Shown here: in pieces, positions 53,391 to 63,945 of the stretch | Layout of the letters: each line of letters opens with the position of its first letter | How positions within the stretch are numbered: position 1 is the first letter of the stretch | Source of the DNA: Novakomyces olei | Taxonomy: Eukaryota | Direction of reading: 5' to 3' | Assembly: GCA_016906335.1 (NCBI GenBank) | Contig: JADEYG010000012.1 | Coordinates: 1,116,001-1,180,000, forward strand | DNA length: 64,000 nt | The notes under the pieces: generated by a model | Databases searched by the model: none | The model's input: the letters and a program-made list of their open reading frames with translations, nothing else | What the model was told of the DNA's origin: nothing | Translations under genes and position numbers: made by a program

Positions 53391-55337
53391 TTAGAAAAGG
53401 ACAGTACCAAGAATCAAAATGGCCAGAGCACAACCCAATGCGCCAGAATGAACGAGGGCAGAAGAACCGGAAGCTTGCTTCAAGCTGGACTTTGAAGTCT
53501 CTGGTCCTGCGTTTGGTGAAGACGTGGCAGTCGCGGACTTGGTCGATTTTATGGTCGATTTTGTGCCCGACTCATGGACCGTATGATCTGCCTTGTGATC
53601 TGCCTTGTGGCCAACTTCGTGATCATGATCGTGGCCTGCTTCGTGATCATGATCGTGATCTGCTTCGTGTTCGTGATCGTGATCTGCCTCGTACTCCTTA
53701 TTTTTCTTATTTTTATCAGCCTTTTCCAGGACTGAGTGGGTGCTTGAACTGTTGCTCCTTTCCAATCCACCGCCAACAAATTTCATTATCTCACCTTGCT
53801 GATTGGCGACCTCCTTCAATGCCTTCTCACAGGCACCACTTTCAATTTCAGGCATTTGTGGAGGCTCCAGCAGAGCAAGATCAGCAACATGCCGCCTGGC
53901 ATTAAGGGCATGGAACACGCTGGCATAGCTCCAAGTCAAATCGTAAGCTCCTCTCTGGAACCCTGTAACCCGGTCAATCTGCTCCGACATGGACCCGTCA
54001 CTTGTGAAAACGGCGGATTGAATTGCTCTCATGTACCCGTCTGCAAACTGCACAATTCTGGGCAGAACTTTGTCTGCAGTAAAGTTCTGATCCAACGGCA
54101 GACCGGTCAGATACGATAAAGTTGCGTTGGAAATACTGCTCAACTCTTGTTCATTCTGGTCCAAGTAGTAGGCTGCTTCGTAAAGAACATTGGCAGCAGT
54201 GGCAGTTGTAAGGAACCAGGGATTGCCGATGCTCGACCCGGTTCCATCGTACACGTCTTCCGGGTACCTTCCCAGCCAAACACCACGATGGTGTTTGCCG
54301 GTAGAGTGCGAATTGTGCTTGGCATCGTACTTGCCGTTGACAATATCGGTGTTTATTGGATAAAGTGCCGCCATACGCTTGTTTATCTCCACCAGCGTCG
54401 ACAGCATCTCGTTGCTCCAGGGCGGGAACTCTGATTGGCCATGCAGGCCGGCCAATAAGACGGAAGTATCGAGCCCAGAACGGGCGTCAGAGGAGCGAAT
54501 GTATCCCACGGATGGGTCGTAGAAGGAGCGCGTTGTATTGTCAATCTCAAGGGAGACCATATCCCACGCAGAAGCGGCAGCCGAGTCGCCTATACGACCA
54601 GCCAAAAGAGCACCTTCTGTCATTGCTCGGCTGGAGACGGCGAGTGTGAAAAAGTGCTGACCGGAAACTTCCTCCCACAGATCAAACGAATCATTGGACC
54701 AGTACTTGGCAACGTAATTCAGATCTGCACGAATGATAGAGGTAGAATTACCTCCATTTTTATCAAAAAGCTCGGGCGGGACTTTCTCGCCATTGTCAAG
54801 GAGGTGGTTGACGAAATGAATGAGAGCGATTGCTCTTAGAGCGGGTCCGTCACTCTGCGGTCGGCCCCAATTTTCCGAGAATACCGTCCCGTCCACGTGG
54901 AATTTCGGTTCTCCCAATCCCGCGTCTAGCGCGGGCCCCGAGGGTGTATCCAGTAATTGTAGTTTTTTAACCTCGGTCACATAGTCCATAATATCCTTTG
55001 CCGAAACGAGAGATTTTTCCGTGTCCCTATCAGGATCTGCAACTAACAGCCGAATCAGTAGATCAAAAGTCAGCGCTGAATCACGGGTCCACTGGTAAAA
55101 ATAGTCGGGGGTTGAGCGTGAAGGACTGGCCACTACCACGCCAGGACCAGCACCGGTTGCTTTTTTACCCAACGGACCAATATTATTGTGTATTCCATCG
55201 AGACAGTACTGCGACTGAAGGGCTATCCAGTCGTAAAAGTCGATATTCATGCCCTGCTCATCGGAGCTGCAGGCAAGAGAGATTGCCATTGACGTGGTGA
55301 GAAGGCCCAGGGCCACAAGAGCCGGTGTTCCCTTCAT
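53391..55337 (-). CDS. Secreted GH15 glucoamylase with His-rich linker and putative GPI signal
   Basis: Signal peptide; YFYQWTRDSAL, LGEPKF, WGRPQSDGPALRA, DLWEE, GRYPEDVY, SEQIDR and LTWSYAS. Ser/Thr-rich region then a hydrophobic C-terminus. Confidence 0.93.
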   Translation of the reverse strand: MKGTPALVALGLLTTSMAISLACSSDEQGMNIDFYDWIALQSQYCLDGIHNNIGPLGKKATGAGPGVVVASPSRSTPDYFYQWTRDSALTFDLLIRLLVADPDRDTEKSLVSAKDIMDYVTEVKKLQLLDTPSGPALDAGLGEPKFHVDGTVFSENWGRPQSDGPALRAIALIHFVNHLLDNGEKVPPELFDKNGGNSTSIIRADLNYVAKYWSNDSFDLWEEVSGQHFFTLAVSSRAMTEGALLAGRIGDSAAASAWDMVSLEIDNTTRSFYDPSVGYIRSSDARSGLDTSVLLAGLHGQSEFPPWSNEMLSTLVEINKRMAALYPINTDIVNGKYDAKHNSHSTGKHHRGVWLGRYPEDVYDGTGSSIGNPWFLTTATAANVLYEAAYYLDQNEQELSSISNATLSYLTGLPLDQNFTADKVLPRIVQFADGYMRAIQSAVFTSDGSMSEQIDRVTGFQRGAYDLTWSYASVFHALNARRHVADLALLEPPQMPEIESGACEKALKEVANQQGEIMKFVGGGLERSNSSSTHSVLEKADKNKKNKEYEADHDHEHEADHDHDHEAGHDHDHEVGHKADHKADHTVHESGTKSTIKSTKSATATSSPNAGPETSKSSLKQASGSSALVHSGALGCALAILILGTVLF

Positions 55338-56469
55338 GATTAATTAAATCAAAAAGACTGGCAGATTGAGCAGTGAATCAATTGAGCAATGGATCAATTA
55401 AGCGATAATTCAATAAGCGATAATTCAATGAGCGATGATTCAATCAGGCAATCAGCGGGTAAACGAGTACCGCAGTTCCAAGCTTCAAATTATCTATTTC
55501 AACGAGATAATTGCCAAACGAGTGAGCAATAAACGAGTCCTTTCATAAACAGATCAACGGAGGAACCGGTCGTGTCCAAGTCGCACCTCGATGCTGTCCC
55601 TAACGGAAAGGGCGCCGTAATATATGAATTCGCTGTTTGAATTTGCGTAAATTTGCAAGTTCCGTGCGCGGCATGTCACATGATTTTGAGCCTTATTTGT
55701 AACCCCGGAAAAAGTCACATCTCCACAACACGGCTAATTGGTTTGGGAAATATTCCGGAAATTAATGGGAAATTCATAATTAGATTCTGTAGTGTTCAAG
55801 AGACGATAATTGGAACGCCTATTTATAGCTTTGGGTATTTCGGAATCGTATCATGTTTGTGGCGCATGAAAGTTTTTCGCGCCCGATGTCCGTCATTCCT
55901 AATTCATTCGCCGCTGTTCATTTTAGAGAGCCACAGCGCGCCTTATCGAACAGACTGTACATAAGAGGGAATATAGTCTGTCATTGATGACATATTTGTA
56001 TATGGGCTGTTATTAGACTGACAGTAAGCATAATATTAACTATAATAAATGGACTATAATAATTGACTATTGACCAAAATAATTGACTTTAATAAATGTC
56101 CAAAATAAATTTACTATAATAGATTGAGGTACTCACGCTATAGAATGGACAAACGCTTCAATAACAGCATTCGTACTATGGAAAACGATCAATCTCGTTG
56201 CGATGTACTCAAGTCTAACTAATGCATGTCTCGCCCAAAGCTTTAATTTCACATAATGTTCCACAAGTTTAAATTTTTTGAAACATAAGACACACAGAAT
56301 ATTGATTCTACATCTGTTCTTTATGCAAGCACAAGCAAAGAGCAAAGCAAAAATAGCGATTGGATACGCTATTCGTAGATGAAATTGGTATAATCACAAC
56401 TGCATATTACCATCCGTAAAAGAGAAAAATCTAAATATACAAACAGCATCCCGCTTAACGGTGCCACAT

Positions 56470-57549
56470 TTACCAGCCCATTGCATCAGTGGGCGAGGCA
56501 AAAGCTTCTAGCAAATCCTTTCGCGAAATACCTTCTTCCTTTTCCTGGCGAGGCAAACGTAGAATAGAAGCGCCCCATCCTTCCATGCCGAGAGAAGTAA
56601 CAAAATTGCCCAATCTTAATCCTTGTACTTTAATGCCTTTGTGTTCTAGCTGAGAAACGAGTTCGGCTCCCCAGTGAGCTAATTCTTCTACGCTAGTTCC
56701 GCCGAGAGAATTAACAAGCACTAGCACGTCATCGCCATTTTTGACATCTACATAAGAGTGCTCAGGATCAGCAGCGTCCAATAAAAGCTCCACCATTCTT
56801 CGCACGAGCTCGTTACGTGACGGAAGTGGCGCAGACAACCGAACCAATCCAGGCTCGCCGTGTGCACCCATTCCGAGCTCGACAGTATTGGGTGGCAGCT
56901 CTTCCCCGTGTGTTCGTAAAGCAGTGGGATGATGCGCTCGCGAGAACGAACAGCTTACGGTACCCAAGGCTCGCTGCAATACTTGCGCCCGCGCAGCAAG
57001 CGTATCGGCATTGATCCCATTCTCACGCTCCGCTACGTGGGCTAGGTACTTGATCACGAGCACGTGACCAGCCAAACCACGTCTGCCGACTTTACCCACT
57101 TTGCTGCGTGGGATACTGACGTCGTCGCCCACGCATACGAGTCGTACAGGCCCATATTGAGTGCCGTGACGGGCTTGCGCAGCACGTGTCAGTGCCAAAC
57201 CGGCATTGAGCAAGTCACCCGTGTAATTTCCAAATACGAGGATAGTACCGTGAGGTGAAGCAACGGCCTCCAGTGCCTCTAGCATATTGGTCGAATTAGG
57301 CGAGGCAAAGACTGTACCAGAACATGCTGCCGTAAGCATCCCGCTTCCGACAAAGCCATTAAACATGGGCTCGTGGCCGCCCCCGCTCGACCCCACGATA
57401 GTGGGATGTTTCGCTGCATAATCACGGGCGTCTGTACGAAGAACTACGCCCTGCGCCGGTGATGCTGACAGTCCGGGGACCAACAATGGTACAGTGCGGG
57501 TATATATAGGGACACTCTCCCGTGGGTCGTCAATGATGTGAACCGCCAT
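56470..57549 (-). CDS. DAK-family protein, K (Dak1, substrate-binding) domain only, 359 aa
   Basis: GGGHEP, FASP, NYTGD, GDDV..KVGRRGLAG, ELGMGAHGEPG, VNSLGGTS and FVTSL. Stops at PTDAMGW*, the usual K-domain end. First ATG is at 57549. Confidence 0.9.
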   Translation of the reverse strand: MAVHIIDDPRESVPIYTRTVPLLVPGLSASPAQGVVLRTDARDYAAKHPTIVGSSGGGHEPMFNGFVGSGMLTAACSGTVFASPNSTNMLEALEAVASPHGTILVFGNYTGDLLNAGLALTRAAQARHGTQYGPVRLVCVGDDVSIPRSKVGKVGRRGLAGHVLVIKYLAHVAERENGINADTLAARAQVLQRALGTVSCSFSRAHHPTALRTHGEELPPNTVELGMGAHGEPGLVRLSAPLPSRNELVRRMVELLLDAADPEHSYVDVKNGDDVLVLVNSLGGTSVEELAHWGAELVSQLEHKGIKVQGLRLGNFVTSLGMEGWGASILRLPRQEKEEGISRKDLLEAFASPTDAMGW

Positions 57550-57808
57550 AGCAAAGAAAGTTATAACGATACAACAAAAGAAGGAAAAAATATAGAGTAG
57601 GAGAGTCTTGTCACCCGTTTGACTAGACAAAAGACTGAAAATTCAGTGTGATCAGAGACACTTTATACGGTTGACATTCGTGCTCGAGTATTGAACCGTT
57701 CACGAACAATTCGAAAAGAGTAGTGAACTGGTAATATACGCTTCAAGTCACGAAATGCGGAGGATAAGCCCTCACGAAAACCCTGACTCAATATGTGGGG
57801 GAGATTAG

Positions 57809-57843
57809 TTCGGCAAGAATAACCGCCGGTTATTCTTGCAGAA
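57809..57843. promoter_or_regulatory. 35-bp near-perfect palindrome in the DAK-pair bidirectional promoter
   Basis: TTC-g-GCAAGAATAACCG-C-CGGTTATTCTTGC-a-GAA, with perfect 13-bp inner arms. The palindrome is certain; the regulatory role is inferred. Confidence 0.6.
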
Positions 57844-57931
57844 TCAAAATGCGGAGAACATAAACTTGTGCAAAACGTATCGGCCATCCCACACACGCAA
57901 ACTGCAAATCACAAATTACAAGCATTTGGCA

Positions 57932-59437
57932 ATGGCAGATTTCGCAGTTTTGACGCCGTTGCTGCGTCCATCAATCACACAGTACAAGGTCGCGGATGAC
58001 ACGTACGTTTACGTGGACTCTAAAAATGTGACGCGGCTTTATGCCGCCGTAGAATCTCCAGGCCAGGCTTACCAGTTGCTGAAAAAAGGGCTGGTGGAGG
58101 CAGTTGCCACGGGACCCAAGGCATCGTTTGCAATTGCATCCCACACACCGGCGGAAGCCTTGGTTTTGGACGCAGCTGGAAAAGGAGAGGAGACCAAGAG
58201 TGCCAAAAATATTATCAATTGCTCGGTGGGGGCATTATGGACGTTGGTACAGGCCGTAAGATTCTCGCCTAAACGAAATGCCACAGCATTGCAAAAAGTA
58301 GAAGCATCAGCTGCTCATTTTGGCACGAGTTCATTTCGCCTTGCTGATCTGCACGGGGAGCGGGAGGAGGACGTCATCAGTGTACAAGTAAACGATAAGC
58401 GTGCTGAATTTAAAAGCGCTGCTGCACTAGCTAAAGCCGTCGTATCGGCAGCTTTGCCTAGAAACGCAAGCAAAATGGTTAGCGTGACGGTAGCAAATGT
58501 AAACCAAATTGCGGAACTCGAGTTTGCCGTTTTCGTTTACGATGTTGTAAATGCTCTCAGAGACGCAGGTTTGCTCGTGGCAAATTTGTCCACATTTGCC
58601 GTGGCGGACGGGGAAGCCAAAGGCTTCCGGCGCACTGGACAGCAAGGGGCTGACGTGTATGTGTGGGATTCGCCGATAGAAACAGCATTCCCAGCGCGGA
58701 GGGTGCAAGAACAAATTCTTCGCAGCCACCGTATTGCCGATGCCGAAAATGGGCTGCAGACCAAGTTTGCATTTGCCGACGTGGGCTTGCTTATGCAGGC
58801 AATTCGGGCGGCCTGTTACTCTTTACTTGCAGCCGAACCGGAAATTACACGCATGGATACGATTGGCGGAGACGGTGATGCTGGGCAGACACTTGCATTA
58901 GCAGCAAATATTACGTTGGAGTATACGGAGCAGTCTGCGCGTAGCCCACATAACGCAGCCCAAGTTTTAGGTGGGCTTTCTGAGGCACTTGAGCGTGGGG
59001 GAATGGGCGGCACTAGTGGCGGCCTCTACCGAATTTTCTTATCGAGCTTGGCTTCTGAAGTAGCCGACTTGCCTGCGCCCGATTCTAGCGTGGGAGAGGC
59101 CCCACTTTTTGCGCGGGCTTTAAAGAACGCAGTTTCTACGTTGCTCAGGTTTACTCGTGCACGTAAAGGCGATCGCACGCTACTGGATCCGCTTATCCCA
59201 TTTGTAGACACTTTTGTCGACGCATTGGAGAAAGGAGTTTCCACGCAAAATGCTTTTAGAGCTGGAGAACAAGAAGCAGAAAGGGGCTATGAGGATACAA
59301 AAAAATTAAAGGCTAGTGTTGGCCGCGCGTCTTATGTAGATGAAGAAAGTCTTACGAATGTCGGCGATGCTGGTGCCCGTGGAATTCTGGCCATCCTCGA
59401 GGGAATCCGTCAAGTGCTTTTTCCGCAGATCATATAG
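57932..59437 (+). CDS. DAK-family protein, degenerate K domain plus intact L (Dak2, ATP-binding) domain, 501 aa
   Basis: AEPEITRMDTIGGDGDAGQTL, MGGTSGGLY, GDRTLLD, GRASYV and DAGA. The N-half keeps only K remnants (LHGE; VSVTVANVNQIAELEF). Confidence 0.88.
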   Translation: MADFAVLTPLLRPSITQYKVADDTYVYVDSKNVTRLYAAVESPGQAYQLLKKGLVEAVATGPKASFAIASHTPAEALVLDAAGKGEETKSAKNIINCSVGALWTLVQAVRFSPKRNATALQKVEASAAHFGTSSFRLADLHGEREEDVISVQVNDKRAEFKSAAALAKAVVSAALPRNASKMVSVTVANVNQIAELEFAVFVYDVVNALRDAGLLVANLSTFAVADGEAKGFRRTGQQGADVYVWDSPIETAFPARRVQEQILRSHRIADAENGLQTKFAFADVGLLMQAIRAACYSLLAAEPEITRMDTIGGDGDAGQTLALAANITLEYTEQSARSPHNAAQVLGGLSEALERGGMGGTSGGLYRIFLSSLASEVADLPAPDSSVGEAPLFARALKNAVSTLLRFTRARKGDRTLLDPLIPFVDTFVDALEKGVSTQNAFRAGEQEAERGYEDTKKLKASVGRASYVDEESLTNVGDAGARGILAILEGIRQVLFPQII

Positions 59438-59745
59438 GTCATTTTCAAATTCAGTCTCTGAGTTCATCATTTGCATGGCTATAATATGAACAGCTTTTGA
59501 ATTATGTGCACAGTTTTCGTGTTGATCTTATTCGCATTGTAATAAAGTATTTTTTAATTAATTGTGCACGTTGCAGGCTGTCGAGAGCAAATCATTTTAT
59601 TCAGTATAGAGTCTAAAAAAATCCGCGTTAAGCACTTATCCATAACAAAGCTCGTGCAATTGATGCCTTGGAGTGGTAGCAAACAGCAGCGTTTTACAGC
59701 TCTAAAGCGCAAAAGCAAAATATGGACCTAAAATCCCGGGACGAA

Positions 59746-60685
59746 TCACCTTTTAAGCCCATATTTTTCAAAATCAAAATTGGCAAGAGAAAGCAAAACT
59801 TCACCCTTGCCATTAATCTCGTTTTGCTCTGATTCTGACAGAACGTCCCAAATAGCAGGGTCAGGTACCCAAATAACGTGCATGCCTGCACTAATTCCCG
59901 CCCGGACGCCGGGCAAACTGTCTTCGAAAACAAGGCACTCTTGCGGCTTAATATCCGTGCCATTTTGTTCATTTAGTTGTCGTAGGGCCACTAAGAAAAT
60001 ATCAGGATCAGGTTTCCCTCGTCCCTTGGGAATACGTGGATCGTCTCCAGTTACAATTGCTTTTCCAAAGCGTGAAAACATTTCTGGATGAGGAGCAGTT
60101 TTCACCTCAAACATTCGTCGAGCGCTGCTCGTTGCCAAAGCAATAGCATTTCCACCTTGATAGAGCGCATCTACCAACTCTTTGGCTCCCGGCATTGGCT
60201 CAACGAGAGCAAACTTGTGCATTTGGGCTTTTGACTGTTCGGCAAAATATTCTTCCGGCGTCAATGGGATACCAGACCAGTCTAACAGCACTCTGGCTGC
60301 CTGCAAATTAGCCCACACTGTATTTGTCTCATTGAGTATTATGATTTTGTTAGAGCACAATCAATGTTGGCTGCAATGCTGGTTTTATTTGACAAAGTCC
60401 AATTCTTTAGCCATTGCGTCTTCTCCAAAGCTTGTCTACATTGTTTTTCCTTGTCTTTATCTCGTCTCTCTACTATCATTATACATCATTTTATCTTTGA
60501 CCTGATACACTTACCGCTGGCCCAACACGGCCCATCATGTTCTTCTTCACATCCATTGGCATCGGGCCTTTACCATATCGCGCCAGGATTTCGTTCACTG
60601 TATCAGTATATACATGCTCCGTCCCCAATAAAAGACCGTCCATATCGAATAAACAGGCCTTCATTTTCAGCTGATTTGTACCCAT
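59746..60685 (-). CDS. HAD-superfamily phosphatase (HDHD1 / pseudouridine-5'-phosphatase-like); intron 60301-60514
   Basis: [27 protein letters not shown] and [10 protein letters not shown]. The start may be 60685 or 60664. Confidence 0.88.
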
Positions 60686-61125
60686 GTTGATTGGGGTCTA
60701 ATGCGATTTTATCTTATTTTCTCAATTTTTGACTAGTTCAGCCCACCCTCTGCAGCCTTTTAAAAATGTCATTAGACCTAATTAAATATATGGTTTAGTG
60801 GGATTGGCCCATAAACCTTTATATTGAACGCTCTCCGTCGTAGTGAATAAAAAACTAATATACCAGTCATTAAGCCTGTGGAAGTTTTTATTGAATACCT
60901 GTACCATGACCCAGACTTTATGCCGTGTAACCGAGTCGAAATTATTTATTAATAGCAAATGCTAGTAATATGAAAAAAGACAGATTCAAATTTGATAATT
61001 ATAGAAATTTAGTTTCTAATAATTCTATAATTCGAGTTGTGCCTATTCTCAAACAATGTTTGAAATATCCACCTATTTACCTCGTTTGTGAATAACTTTT
61101 TAAAAATCTATGACCAAACCAGCCG

Positions 61126-63606
61126 CTATCGAAGCTGGTCACTGAGAGGGTATAATGCAGAGCATAAGACTTTAAACTCGTCAACCCTTGGAGAATTCGC
61201 ATCAGCTAGCAATGCCAAGGCCTGTTTTAACAGGGTAACAGGCGGACTCTTTTTAAACAGATCAAAGACTTTATCTGGAGTCTGTTTCAGCAAATGAGCA
61301 CCCAACGCTCCATAGTAAACTTGTTCGGCTGTCTGTGCTTTGTCTTGATACTCTTTGCTAAACTGCTCTGGGCTTTTACCGGCTGGAATAAGGCCATCAT
61401 TATCTTTTGCAAGCCCCGACAAGTAAGACCGAAGTATCTGGCAATGAACTTGGCCATTCTCGGGATCTAGACTGTACGCTGCCCTTAGAGATTCAAAAGC
61501 ATCAGAAGCCGAATTCTTTTGCCGACTGAAAACTTCAAAAGACATGATTTGCACATCAATATTACTCTGTCCAAATTGACGTAAAGGCTTCAGAAAAGCC
61601 ATTGTGCTCTCCAGCGAAGCCTTCTCCAATAGCTCGTATCCAAGGGGATCCGTAAAAGGTTTCTTGTCCTTTTCACTACTGCTTTGTTTCTCATCCTTGC
61701 TTTCTTTTTCTTCTTTGCTTGTCTTTCCGTCATTTTCGCTGCCTTGCTCCTCCTTTCGACGAGACAATTCCGCATCTTTTAGGCCAGGATTATCGTGAAG
61801 AGCACAATAAACCTGCACTGCATCTTTACCGGCCCTCACAAAATCTGGCTGCTCCTGCAACACCTGCGACCATCGCAGCATATCTTCATAAGTGAGCATA
61901 GTACCCTTGCGGAAAGCATAAACGTGGAAATCAAAGGGATCATCAATCCAGTCATTGTATATAGCCAGCGCTGTATGCAGCCGTTTCAAAGCTAATGCAT
62001 ATCGCTTTTGACGAATATACGATTCTCCATCTTCCAGCATGTACCAGACGCATTGCATGTCGCGCAAATCGCCAATCGCTCCACCAATTGCCTCGTTCCT
62101 TGTAAAAGTAGACATCAGCTTTTCTGCCTCCTCGTTTTGGTCGTTTCGTAAACAGTATTTAGCTGCTTTTGTATATATAAATCGATCACGGGTATCAAGC
62201 TGTTTAGCGTGGCCCATGATTGTAGCAGCAAGCGAAATATTACCCGCATGTTTCATAAATCTTGCCTTGATCATGTGCACTTCCACTAATTGAGGAGTAA
62301 GTTTTAGGGACTTATCACTAAGCTCAATTGCTTTTGTATAATCGCCCATGTAATCGTAAAACTGGGCTAACAAAAGGTAGCCCCAGGCCAGAGCTTCGCC
62401 ATGCAGTTCGTTGCCTTCTTGACCCTCGTTTATAAGCAGCTCTAATTTTTTTTTGAGCGTATTGAATCGCAAGTTATCGGATAAGAAAGGCTTCAGACTC
62501 ACAAATACCGAAGGTACACCATGTTGTAATTTTTTTAAAATAAATTGTGAAAGTAAATAGGAGGAAAATTCTTCCACATCAATCAACTCGTCCGCTAGCA
62601 AGAGCGAAATGACGTCACTCTTAGGATATTGCTCCGCCAGTGTCTTGTAAAATCCGGCTGCATCGGTCTCCGTTCCAACCGACTTTTTGTATGACGTCAC
62701 GTTGAGTTTGTTGTCGGGGTTAGTTTGCACCAAGGATTTATACAATTTTTGAGCTTCCGATAGACGGCCAGCTAAAAGCAAGCTTTTGGCTTGCATTTCC
62801 TGCACTGTAGACTTGTCCAAGATTTGACTGCTCCATTTGCTGAGAAAGTTGTAGGCATTGTCGTACTCTTTAATCTCGATCAAGAGACCAGCGTGATACA
62901 TGAGATTTTCACTATGCTCAAAATCATGCATCGTCGTAAACTCGGTTAAAGTATCCTCATAAGATTCCAGTACACGCAATGCTTTCTTAGTATCGCCTTT
63001 CATGTGATGAGCAACAGCCAAAGCCGTCCAATTAGCCCGCATTCCCGGTTTTGCCTGTAACAAAATATTCCTTGTATCTACAAGACCAGACCATTGGCCG
63101 AGTTGGCTTTGTAGTATAGCAAGATCACGAACTATTTGGATATTTTCCTTGTCAAATTTGAGAGAATTTACATAGCATTTGGCAGCTTCAGTATAATTCT
63201 TGTCCATTCGGTGCATTATGCCGAAAACATGCCAGCAAACGGCACTAGTCAAATCATTGCGAAGTCCTTTACGGACATAATCATAGCCCTCTGTTGCGTT
63301 GCCGTTACAGTTGAGCAGCAAGCCTTTTAAAGCCAGTGTTTCTGGTATAATTAGAATGACCCATTTGAAATACAAAAGTTAATAATAATATAATAATTGA
63401 ATGATCTCAGGGCAAATCTTACCTCCATGATCCTGGCGCTTAGCAAGAATTTGATCGACCGCTTTTAGTCCCTTGTCGTACTCCTTGTTTTCATAATCGC
63501 GCTGTCATTAACAAACTGATGGCAGAGACAGGTATTGAGATCTTACCAAAGCATCTCGAAAAAGAGTTGCTTCTTTGCCTTGCAGCTGCCGCTTAACATT
63601 GGCCAT
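61126..63606 (-). CDS. NAT1: NatA N-terminal acetyltransferase auxiliary subunit (Naa15); introns 63502-63546, 63342-63422
   Basis: YENKEYDKGLK..DHG|ETLALKGL, SAVCWHVFG, KARFMKHAG, LDTRDRFI, DMQCVWY and DFHVYAFRKGT; TPR-like repeats. Confidence 0.94.
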
Positions 63607-63945
63607 TACGGGTCAAAGATAAATTTCCACAATTGCCAAGGTTTCAGTTGCTGCTATTATTTGGAAATATTCGACAATGATCGGCCTTTTACTGGCGCAA
63701 GGCAGGCTTCGGCAGGAAGAAAGGACGTGTTATTTTGATAATTGAAGAATTTGTATATAATAAAACATTGTTTTATATTTTAATAATTATTAGTCACAAA
63801 AGAATAACGTCGATTTATATTATAAATAATATCAGAATTAGCGGGCTTTAATATTCCTTCATTTTATTTGTTCCTTTATTTTATTTGTTCCTTTATTTTA
63901 TTTATTCGACTAATCTATATCGTACCGTCATAGAATTATATCATC

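Noticed and set aside
56470-57630. K-only DAK as a truncated pseudogene, and the ORF-track N-terminal extension
   Set aside because: The ORF is intact, catalytic His/Asp are retained and it ends at a domain boundary. The extension starts at TTG; the first ATG is 57549.
59746-60685. HAD phosphatase as a third member of the DAK system
   Set aside because: It looks like the widely conserved HDHD1-type orthologue, has an intron and its own promoter. Only adjacency supports a link.
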